From contig JBHGNT010000766.1 in the NCBI GenBank assembly GCA_043228905.1, positions 1 to 16,004 of the forward strand: a stretch of 16,004 bases of DNA, given 5' to 3'. A program made the translations under genes and the position numbers. Origin of the DNA: Azolla caroliniana (taxonomy: Eukaryota; Plantae; Polypodiophyta). The notes under the pieces are model-generated. The model had not been told where the DNA came from. It searched no databases and saw only the letters and a list, made by a program, of their open reading frames with translations. The first letter of the stretch is position 1. Each line of letters starts with the position of its first letter. This document shows positions 1-10,311 of the stretch, piece after piece.

Positions 1-1606
1 AGTTAAGAGCGTAGACCACTACAAAAATCACTATTTTTAAAAACTCAGTTCTGGTAGATTAAGTTTGCTCATATTTTCAACTTGCAAATAGATTGAAGTA
101 AAACATATATAAATTTCAAATAAACATATAAAATATTATAGAAGATACAGGGGTTCAAAGTCAGAGATAATACGAGTTAAATAGTTAAGAGCGTAGACCA
201 CTACAAAAATCACTATTTTTAAAAACTCAGTTCTGGTAGATTAAGTTTGCTCATATTTTCAACTTGCAAATAGATTGAAGTAAAACATATATAAATTTCA
301 AATAAACATATAAAATATTATAGAAGATATATGGGTTCAAAGTTAGAGATAATACGAGTTAAATAGTTAAGAGCGTAGACCACTACAAAAAATCACTATT
401 TTTAAAAACTCAGTTCTGGTAGATTAAGTTTGCTCATATTTTCAACTTGCAAATAGATTGAAGTAAAACATATATAAATTTCAAATAAAAATATAAAATA
501 TTATAGAAGATACAGGGGTTCAAAGTCAGATATAATACGAGTTAAATAGTTAAGAGCGTAGACCACTACAAAAATCACTATTTTTAAAAACTCAGTTCTG
601 GTAGATTAGGTTTGCTCATATTTTCAACTTGCAAATAGATTGAAGTAAAACATATATAAATTTCAAATAAACATATAAATACTATAGAAGATACAGGGGT
701 TTAAAGTTAAAGATAATACGAGTTAAATAGTTAAGAGCGTGGACCACTACAAAAATCACTATTTTAAAAACTCAGTTCTGGTAGATTAAGTTTGCTCATA
801 TTTTCAACTTGCAAATAGATTGAAGTAAAACATATATAAATTTCAAATAAACATATAAAATACTATAGAAGATACAGGGGTTTAAAGTTAAAGATAATAC
901 GAGTTAAATAGTTAAGAGCGTGGACCACTACAAAAATCACTATTTTTAAAAACTCAGTTCTGGTAGATTAAGTTTGCTCATATTTTCAACTTGCAAATAG
1001 ATTGAAGTAAAACATATATAAATTTCAAATGAAAATATAAAATATTATAGAAGATACAGGGGTTCAAAGTCAGAGATAATACGAGTTAAATGGTTAAGAG
1101 CGTAGACCACTACAAAAATCACCATTTTTAAAAAAACAGTTTTGGTACATTAAATTTGCTTATATTTTCAGCTTGAAAATAGATTGAAGTAAAAAATATA
1201 TAAATTTCAAATAAAAATATAAAATATTATAGAAGATACAGGGGTTCAAAGTCAGAGATAATACGAGTTAAATGGTTAAGAGCGTAGACCACTACAAAAA
1301 TCACTATTTTTAAAAAAACAGTTTTGGTACATTAAATTTGCTTATATTTTCAGCTTGCAAATAGATTAAACTAAAACATATATAAATTTCAAATAAACAT
1401 ATAAAATATTATAGAAGATACAGGGGCTTAAAGTCATAGATAATACGAGTTGGAAAGTTAACAGCGTAGACCACTACAAAAATCACTATTTTTAAAAACC
1501 CAGTTTTGGTAGATCAAATTTAATTATATTTTTAGCTTGCAATTAGATTCGAGTAAAACATATTTTAATTTAAAATAAATATTTAAAATACTTTAAAAGA
1601 TACAGA
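1..1606. repeat. Satellite array 1, about 182 bp AT-rich monomer, about 8.8 copies (begins before the window)
   Basis: The anchor (a/g)gttaagagcgt(a/g)gaccactac recurs at 1, 183, 365, 548, 729, 910, 1092, 1274 and 1456 (period 181-183). The last copy is more diverged. Confidence 0.97.
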
Positions 1607-1729
1607 TTAGCATTTCCAGGGATATATTTTTGATCAGGCACAACTACAATATTGCGAGTATTATGCTCCACTCTTTTATTACTTTAATTTTGAACCTCAT
1701 ATAGCCGATGGTAAATTTTGGCAATCCAA

Positions 1730-1895
1730 AAATACACTTGAGAAATTTCATTCGAAATTTAATGACCGGTTTCGAACTATATCAGTTCTCATCAGACAAG
1801 CCAGCCAACGGATAAATATATCTCGAAAATCTTAATACTAAACAAAGTTTCGTTGACACTACACAACAAAATTAGTCCAAGGCGCCATCCAGCGG
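1730..1895 (-). repeat. Inverted solo copy of the array-2 (hammerhead) unit
   Basis: The reverse complement reads ggatggcgcc..gactaattttgt...cttgtCTGATGAgaactgatatagttcGAAAccggTCatt. It is colinear with the array-2 unit and with 2297-2465. Confidence 0.85.
1759..1800 (-). ncRNA. Minimal type I hammerhead ribozyme motif (core intact, weak stem I)
   Basis: On the minus strand: CTGATGA, stem II gaact/agttc with a gatat loop, GAAA, palindromic accggt, GTC triplet. Confidence 0.75.
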
Positions 1896-2296
1896 CAAAA
1901 AATTGTAAAGCTTGCGTGACCTATCTTAGCGAAGCAACAATTCTGTTTTAGCAAGTTTAGAGTTAGTTAGAGACTATTGTATCTTTAAATAAATTAAATT
2001 TAACATTACCGAAGGATCTGTTAATCCTACATATATCCTAGATACATTTTATGGACTAAGTTGCGTAAGATAACTTGACTGCTGGCGCTTGGTAAGTCGT
2101 AAACTTAATGTATAATAAATGTTTGGTTTTAGCATTTATACAATGCTTAAAATAGTGTGATTACATAATAATATATTTTCTGATAATTCATCTGTAAAAA
2201 ATTGCTTAATAAGTATTTTGTGTGTGGTAAAAATTCAGGTCAGGCGCGCCATCTACCATTAACGGTAGATATCTCGCCTTGATTTAATGCGTTATT

Positions 2297-2465
2297 GTTA
2301 GATGGCGCGACAGATCAATTTTTAACAATTTGATGCCAACAAATATTGGTTAAATGTGGGAAATTTTGAGAGATATTCATCCGTCGACTAGCTTGCCTGA
2401 TAAGAACTAACATAGTTCTAAACCGGTCCTAAGATGTCGTTGGGATGAAATCTCTCAAATACAGG
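2297..2465 (+). repeat. Degenerate solo copy of the array-2 unit with an inactivated hammerhead
   Basis: tagatggcgc at about 2298, then cttgcCTGATAAgaactaacatagttcTAAAccggTCctaag at 2392-2433 with two core substitutions. Its 3' tail taagatgtcgttg matches the exit of array 2 at about 7888. Confidence 0.8.
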
Positions 2466-2727
2466 TTTGATTTTTTAAATATCCAGGGTCCGTTGCTTCT
2501 TTTGTCTCATTAGCTTCTTCTCGGCCTTCCTTTCTTCTCGGTCTTTTTTTATTCTACTTGTTTACATCTTCCATTTCACCCCCCATAAACTGTCACGCTC
2601 CGCACTATTTTTCAGATAATAATGGTGTATTTATTTTTACATAGCATATAATATGATTATTTTTTAATATTTCTTCATATGTATGAAAGCTCAGCTTGCT
2701 AAACACGCTATCTGACCCATATTGAAC

Positions 2728-5700
2728 TAATCCTATTTTGGAATTGTTACTTTTTGAGTTTCTGTTGATAACAGTAGATGGCGGTGTCGAACTAATTTTG
2801 CGGTTGAATGTTCAAAAAACTTAGTTAAGTTATGTTAATTTTAACAGGTATTCCTTTGACCAGATGACCTGATGAGAATTAAAATAGTTCGAAACCGGTT
2901 GTAAGTTTTAAACAACAAAACTAGTAACAATTTTAAAATCTGATCAAACCTTCCGATCCCAGTTTTAAATTGTTGCTTTGCTAAGGGCGATTGCGCCAGC
3001 TTTTAGACTTTCTGTCACTAACAGTAGATGGCGCTCCGAACTAATTTTGTCGTTTTAATACCAAGAAAACTTGGTAAAGTAATGGATATATTGGGAGCCA
3101 TGTACCCTTCGACTAACCTACCTGATGAGAATTAAAATAGTTCGAAACCGGTCGTAAGTTTCAAGCAACAAAGTGAGTAACAATTTTAAAATCTGATCAA
3201 ACCTTTCGATCCCATTTTTAAATTGTTGCTTTGCTAAGAGCGGTTGCGCCAGCTTCTAGATTTTCTGTCACTAACGGTAGATGGCGCTCCGAACTAATTT
3301 TGTCGTTTTAATGCCAAGAAAACTTGGTAAAGTAATGGGAATATTGGGAACCATGTACCCTTCGACTAACCTACCTGATGAGAATTAAAATAGTTCGAAA
3401 CCGGTCGTAAGTTTCAAGCAACAAAGTGAGTAACAATTTTAAAATCTGATCAAACCTTTCGATCCCAGTTTTAAATTGTTGCTTTGCTAAGGGCGATTGC
3501 GCCAGCTTTTAGATTTTCTGTCACTAACGGTAGATGGCGCTCCGAACTAATTTTGTCGTTTTAATGCCAAGAAAACTTGGTAAAGTAATGGGAATATTGG
3601 GAACCATGTACCCTTCGACTAACCTACCTGATGAGAATTAAAATAGTTCGAAACCGGTCGTAAGTTTCAAGCAACAAAGTGAGTAACAATTTTAAAATCT
3701 GATCAAACCTTTCGATCCCAGTTTTAAATTGTTGCTTTGCTAAGGGCGATTGCGCCAGCTTTTAGATTTTCTGTCACTAACGGTAGATGGCGCTCCGAAC
3801 TAATTTTGTCGTTTTAATGCCAAGAAAACTTGGTAAAGTTATGGGAATATTGGGAACCATGTACCCTTCGACTAACCTACCTGATGAGAATTAAAATAGT
3901 TCGAAACCGGTCGTAAGTTTCAAGCAACAAAGTGAGTAACAATTTTAAAATCTGATCAAACCTTTCGATCCCAGTTTTAAATTGTTGCTTTGCTAAGAGC
4001 GGTTGCGCCAGCTTCTAGATTTTCTGTCACTAACGGTAGATGGCGCTCCGAACTAATTTTGTCGTTTTAATGCCAAGAAAACTTGGTAAAGTAATGGGAA
4101 TATTGGGAACCATGTACCCTTCGACTAACCTACCTGATGAGAATTAAAATAGTTCGAAACCGGTCGTAAGTTTCAAGCAACAAAGTGAGTAACAATTTTA
4201 AAATCTGATCAAACCTTTCGATCCCAGTTTTAAATTGTTGCTTTGCTAAGGGCGATTGCGCCAGCTTTTAGATTTTCTGTCACTAACGGTAGATGGCGCT
4301 CCGAACTAATTTTGTCGTTTTAATGCCAAGAAAACTTGGTAAAGTAATGGGAATATTGGGAACCATGTACCCTTCGACTAACCTACCTGATGAGAATTAA
4401 AATAGTTCGAAACCGGTCGTAAGTTTCAAGCAACAAAGTGAGTAACAATTTTAAAATCTGATCAACCTTTCGATCCCAGTTTTAAATTGTTGCTTTGCTA
4501 AGGGCGATTGCGCCAGCTTTTAGATTTTCTGTCACTAACGGTAGATGGCGCTCCGAACTAATTTTGTCGTTTTAATGCCAAGAAAACTTGGTAAAGTAAT
4601 GGGAATATTGGGAACCATGTACCCTTCGACTAACCTACCTGATGAGAATTAAAATAGTTCGAAACCGGTCGTAAGTTTCAAGCAACAAAGTGAGTAACAG
4701 TTTTAAAATCTGATCAAACCTTTCGATCCCATTTTTAAATTGTTGCTTTGCTAAGGGCGATTGCGCCAGCTTTTAGATTTTCTGTCACTAACGGTAGATG
4801 GCGCTCCGAACTAATTTTGTCGTTTTAATGCCAAGAAAACTTGGTAAAGTAATGGGAATATTGGGAACCATGTACCCTTCGACTAACCTACCTGATGAGA
4901 ATTAAAATAGTTCGAAACCGGTCGTAAGTTTCAAGCAACAAAGTGAGTAACAATTTTAAAATCTGATCAAACCTTTCGATCCCATTTTTAAATTGTTGCT
5001 TTGCTAAGAGCGGTTGCGCCAGCTTCTAGATTTTCTGTCACTAACGGTAGATGGCGCTCCGAACTAATTTTGTCGTTTTAATGCCAAGAAAACTTGGTAA
5101 AGTAATGGATATATTGGGAGCCATGTACCCTTCGACTAACCTACCTAATGAGAATTAAAATAGTTCGAAACCGGTCGTAAGTTTCAAGCAACAAAGTGAG
5201 TAACAGTTTTAAAATCTGATCAAACCTTTCGATCTCATTTTTAAATTGTTGCTTTGCTAAGGGCGATTGCGCCAGCTTTTAGATTTTCTGTCACTAACGG
5301 TAGATGGCGCTCCGAACTAATTTTGTCGTTTTAATGCCAAGAAAACTTGGTAAAGTAATGGGAATATTGGGAACCATGTACCCTTCGACTAACCTACCTG
5401 ATGAGAATTAAAATAGTTCGAAACCGGTCGTAAGTTTCAAGCAACAAAGTGAGTAACAATTTTAAAATCTGATCAAACCTTTCGATCCCATTTTTAAATT
5501 GTTGCTTTGCTAAGGGCGATTGCGCCAGCTTTTAGATTTTCTGTCACTAACGGTAGATGGCGCGCCGAACTAATTTTGTCGTTTTAATGCCAAGAAAACT
5601 TGGTAAAGTAATGGATATATTGGGAGCCATGTACCCTTCGACTAACCTACCTAATGAGAATTAAAATAGTTCGAAACCGGTCGTAAGTTTCAAGCAACAA

Positions 5701-7900
5701 AGTGAGTAACAGTTTTAAAATCTGATCAAACCTTTCGATCCCATTTTTAAATTGTTGCTTTGCTAAGGGCGATTGCGCCAGCTTTTAGATTTTCTGTCAC
5801 TAACGGTAGATGGCGCTCCGAACTAATTTTGTCGTTTTAATACCAAGAAAACTTGGTAAAGTAATGGATATATTGGGAGCCATGTACCCTTCGACTAACC
5901 TACCTGATGAGAATTAAAATAGTTCGAAACCGGTCGTAAGTTTCAAGCAACAAAGTGAGTAACAGTTTTAAAATCTGATCAAACCTTTCGATCCCATTTT
6001 TAAATTGTTGCTTTGCTAAGGGCGATTGCGCCAGCTTTTAGATTTTCTGTCACTAACGGTAGATGGCGCTCCGAACTAATTTTGTCGTTTTAATGCCAAG
6101 AAAACTTGGTAAAGTAATGGGAATATTGGGAACCATGTACCCTTCGACTAACCTACCTGATGAGAATTAAAATAGTTCGAAACCGGTCGTAAGTTTCAAG
6201 CAACAAAGTGAGTAACAATTTTAAAATCTGATCAAACCTTTCGATCCCATTTTTAAATTGTTGCTTTGCTAAGAGCGGTTGCGCCAGCTTCTAGATTTTC
6301 TGTCACTAACGGTAGATGGCGCTCCGAACTAATTTTGTCGTTTTAATGCCAAGAAAACTTGGTAAAGTAATGGGAATATTGGGAACCATGTACCCTTCGA
6401 CTAACCTACCTGATGAGAATTAAAATAGTTCGAAACCGGTCGTAAGTTTCAAGCAACAAAGTGAGTAACAATTTTAAAATCTGATCAAACCTTTCGATCC
6501 CAGTTTTAAATTGTTGCTTTGCTAAGGGCGATTGCGCCAGCTTTTAGATTTTCTGTCACTAACGGTAGATGGCGCGCCGAACTAATTTTGTCGTTTTAAT
6601 GCGAAGAAAATTTGGTAAAGTAATGGGAATATTGGGAGCCATGTACCCTTCGACTAACCTACCTGATAAGAATTAAAATATTTCGAAACCGGTCGTAAGT
6701 TTCAAGCAACAAAATTGGTAAAAATTTCAGAATCTGATCCAACCTTTCGATCCCATTTTCGAATTGTTGCTTTGCTAAGGGCGATTGCGCCAGCTTTTAG
6801 ATTTTCTGTCGCTAACGGTAGATGGCGCTTCGAACTAATTTTATCGTTTTAATGCCAAGAAAACTTTGTAAAGTAATGGGAATATCGGGAGACATGTACC
6901 CTTCGACTAACCTACCTGATGAGAATTAAAATAGTTCGAAACCGGTCGTAAGTTTCAAGCAACAAAATTAGAAAAATTGAAAAATCTTATCGAGCCTTTC
7001 GATCCCATTTTGGAATTTTTGCTTTGCTAAGAGCGGTTACTACAGCTTTTAGAATTTCTGTCACTAACGGTAGATGGCACTCCGAACTAATTTTGTCGTT
7101 TTAATACCAAGAAAACTTGGTAAAGTAATGGGAATATTGGGAACCATGTACCCTTCGACTAACCTACCTGATGAGAATTAAAATAGTTCGAAACCGATCG
7201 TAAGTTTCAAGCAACAAAATTAGTAAAAATTTCAGAATCTGATCAAACCTTTCAATTCCATTTTTGAATTGTTGCTTTTCGAGTTTCTGTCAATAAAGAT
7301 AGATGGCGGTGTCGAATTAATTTTGCGGTTGGATGTTAAGAAAACTTAGTTAAGTTATGTGAATTTTAAGATCTATTTATCCTTTGACTAGATAACCTGA
7401 TGAGAATTAAAATAGTTCGAAACCGGTCGTAAGTTTCAAGCAACAAAATTAGTAAAACTTTTAAAATCTGATCGATCTTTTCAATCCTATTTCGGAATTG
7501 TTACTTTTCGAGTTTCTGTTGGTATTAGTAGATGGCGGTGTCCCACTAATTTTGCGGTTGGATGTTAAGAAAACTTAGTTAAGTTATGTCAATTTCAAGA
7601 AGAATTTATCCTTCAAATGGCTCACCTGATGAGAACTAAAACAGTTCGAAACCGATCGTAAGTTTCAAGCAACAAAATTAGTAACAATTTCAAAATCTGA
7701 TCAAACCTTTCGATCCCATTTTGGAATTGTTGCTTTTTGAGTTTCTGTCGATAACGATAGAGGGCGGTGTCGAATTAATCTTGCGGTTGGATGTTAAGAA
7801 AACTTAGTTAGGTTATGTGAATTTTAAGATCTATTTAGCCTTCGACTAGATAACCTAATGAGTACAAAAATGATTTGAAACCGGTCGTAAGATGTCGTTG
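2728..7900 (+). mobile_element. Tandem array 2: hammerhead-ribozyme satellite, probable non-LTR retrozyme or Penelope pLTR-derived array. About 21 units, 253 bp in the centre and 229 bp at the right edge
   Basis: The hammerhead core starts at 2869, 3122, 3375, 3628, 3881, 4134, 4387, 4639, 4892, 5145, 5398, 5651, 5904, 6157, 6410, 6663, 6916, 7168, 7397, 7626 and 7855. The ORF track is empty here. Unit size plus one minimal hammerhead per unit match known metazoan non-LTR retrozymes. Confidence 0.88.
3115..3160 (+). ncRNA. Minimal type I hammerhead ribozyme (representative copy, repeated every 253 bp)
   Basis: aacctac-CTGATGA-gaatt(aaaat)agttc-GAAA-ccgg-TC-gtaagtt. Stem I pairs 6 of 7, stem II is 5 bp with one U-G, stem III is the short palindrome accggt. 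Predicted cleavage after C3153. Confidence 0.9.
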
Positions 7901-8680
7901 AATAAAATATATTTTTTGGGCAAACAACATTTTTTATTTATAGTTTTAAATTGATATTTTACTAATACCATTGCTCTTAATGAATAATACGTATCAACCA
8001 ATTATCATAGCGAAAATTACCGAAACAAATATATTAGTTTTTAACTTGCTAAATCTAATACTTATGATGGTGCGTGCGTAAATGTAGTTTACAACATACA
8101 GGTAAATAAATAGAAGAATTGCTTATTACCAACTTATGATACGGATCATCATAAGTATTTTTTTTAATTATTATTACAAATTAAAATTTTAATTCCGTTT
8201 AAGATTAGCTCCACCACCTCATTTAGTTGCAAAAAATACATGTTTTAAGGCAGAAAAAAACCCACCGGAAAGTACCTTTAAGTATTTATCATAATACTAA
8301 TTAATCAAACGTACTATAAAGAAATATTGTTATCGAGTACCTGGAAGTGTCGATATTTAAAAGGTTAAGCAAATTAAGAAAGAAAAAGATGATCAGTACA
8401 TTGCCAAATTTCAAGGATTTACCTATATATATATAGTCGAAAATAACTAGGTACTGTTTGGGGGTATATAAACATATAATTATCCTTGTTTTTCTAAGAG
8501 ATTGTCAATCGTTTTAAATTTCAATGATAACGCATTTTATTCTTGGTTTTAATTATTTTTTTTAGTACTGGAACATATTTAATTCATACACAATAAATAA
8601 AAACGGTACCTTATTGGTCAAGTAAAAAAAATGATTTAATTAGAAATATTATTTATGTGTATAAAATATGCGTGTAAATA

Positions 8681-8711
8681 AAGGGTGGGCCATCTATTGG
8701 TCCGATTTTGA
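8681..8711 (+). repeat. Left terminal inverted repeat of the transposon
   Basis: aagggtgggccatctattggtccgattttga is the reverse complement of 9956-9986 at 30 of 31 positions. Confidence 0.95.
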
Positions 8712-8785
8712 GTAGATCATTAAATAGGCAAAAGCTGATTTTTTTGCAACGACTTTCGCTTTATTTGCTACAGTATTTCTTCCGA

Positions 8786-9872
8786 TTAACTATGGAAAAT
8801 TATTTCATTGAAATGTTGGCCACGGCTGGCTCGGCAGTAGGCCATCCTGGAACACTAATTTTCAAGCACTTTGTTCACTGTTTCCTGGTCAATTTGGGCA
8901 ATTTCGGTACGAACATTCTGTTTCAAGTGATCAATTGTTTGGGGATTGTCGGGATAAACTTTACTCTTCAATGTACCCCACAGAAAAAAGTCCAGCGGCG
9001 TCAAATCGCAGCTGCGAGCAGGCCGGTGAACATCGCCGAAACGGCTAATCACACGGTTGTTGAATCTTGTGCGCAGAAGGTTGATGCTACGCGCGGCGGT
9101 ATGACAAATTGCGCCATCTTTTTGAAACCATAATTCATCGAGATCGATATCTTTCAATTCCTGCCACAAGAAGTCAGTTATCATGTCACGATAACGTTCA
9201 CCATCAATATTCACGGCGCGCCCTTCCGCATTTTGGAAAAAGAAAGGACCTATCACGTCACCACTCCAAAATCCGTCCCACACGGTGACTCGAGCTGGAT
9301 GCATTGGCTTTTGGACGACAACGTGTGGATTGTCCGTTCCCCAAATTCTGCAATTTTGTTTGTTGACGTAGCCGCCGAGGTGAAAATGCGTTTCGTCAGA
9401 AAAGATGATTTTTCGTGCGAAATTTGGGTCATCGTTTAACTCATTTAAAGCCCACTCAGCGAAGCGTAAACGTTGTGGAAGGTCATTCGGTTTCAGTTCT
9501 TGAACAAGTTGGATTTTATACGCAAACATACCAAGGTCTTTGTGCAAAATCCTCCTTAGAGTGGTTCGTGGAATCCCGACTTGTTGACTTCTGCGCCGAG
9601 TCGATGTTCCGGGGTTTCGACGAACACTTTCGGTCACAGCAGCGATTGCTTCTGCTGTACGCACCGGACGTGTATGCGGCACACGTCTGCCATCGACCAG
9701 CATCCCAGTTTCACGAACTGCAATTCATCAACTTTCGAATTGCAGGCGCGGTAGGCGCTGCATTTCTTCCAAATTTTGTACGCATTTTTTGCAATGTTTC
9801 ACTTATGACAGAACCACATTCAAAATAAGTTGTCAGTATTGCAAAGCGTTGTTCCAAAGAAAACCGATCCAT
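8786..9872 (-). pseudogene. DD41D transposase pseudogene (about 361 aa reconstructed)
   Basis: Starts MDRFSLEQRFAIL at 9872 (HTH-like N-terminus). A +1 frameshift near 9720 leads into ORF 8855-9703 with IIFSDE, QKDGA and RSCDLTPLDFFLWG (41 residues between the 2nd and 3rd Asp). After a premature TAG at 8855-8857 the frame continues CSRMAYCRASRGQHFNEIIFHS* to 8786. Confidence 0.92.
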
Positions 9873-9955
9873 AATTGTTCAGCGGAAGGTTAAAACTAAC
9901 CGAGAATCAACAACTTTTGGTGCTAAAGTTGACAGCGACATTATCGACAGGCTGT

Positions 9956-9986
9956 TCAAAATCGGACCAATAGATGGTCCACCCTT
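9956..9986 (-). repeat. Right terminal inverted repeat of the transposon
   Basis: tcaaaatcggaccaatagatggtccaccctt, followed by TA. Confidence 0.95.
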
Positions 9987-10311
9987 TAACTAGATTAATT
10001 TTATTTGCATTAACATTAAAAAAATATATTCTAGTTTGATAATTGTATAATTCTATATAAAATTTCTTTAAAAATAATCCTTTTTTTTTGTGAAAAGCAG
10101 TGACCTTTTTGTGCTTTCTAATATTTTCAAAAATAAAGTTTTTTAAAGAATTTTTAAATTAACGTTAATTATCTTCTAATAAAAATAAAAGAGGTTTTGG
10201 GACACATATATTAATAAATTTTTTGTCTATTTAATATTGAAAAACGGACATTATTAATGTTAAAAAAATCTACAAGACCCAACTAGCCTTTTTGTGCTTT
10301 GTAATATTTAC

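Larger units (their letters stand above)
8681..9986 (-). mobile_element. Full-length (1306 bp) Tc1/mariner-superfamily DNA transposon, DD41D (rosa/Visitor) type
   Basis: 31 bp terminal inverted repeats with one mismatch, TA on both sides (8679-8680 and 9987-9988), and an internal transposase. Confidence 0.95.

Noticed and set aside
1-1606. Ribozyme in array 1
   Set aside because: I found no CTGANGA...GAAA arrangement on either strand. Other ribozyme classes cannot be excluded by eye.
3060-3165. tRNA gene suggested by the A/B-box-like motifs
   Set aside because: No acceptor or anticodon stem could be formed and the T-arm pairing is absent.
2728-7900. CRISPR array interpretation of the tandem arrays
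   Set aside because: Whole units repeat with no unique spacers, there are no cas genes and the context is eukaryotic.
7910-8680. Unique AT-rich spacer before the transposon
   Set aside because: No ORF, repeat or structure that I could support.
8855-9703. Calling the 282 aa ORF an intact CDS
   Set aside because: It lacks the frameshifted N-terminal region and ends at a premature stop, so it is treated as a pseudogene.
8708-9828. Plus-strand ORFs 8708-9133, 9233-9439 and 9415-9828
   Set aside because: They are antisense shadows of the transposase and show no recognisable protein motifs.
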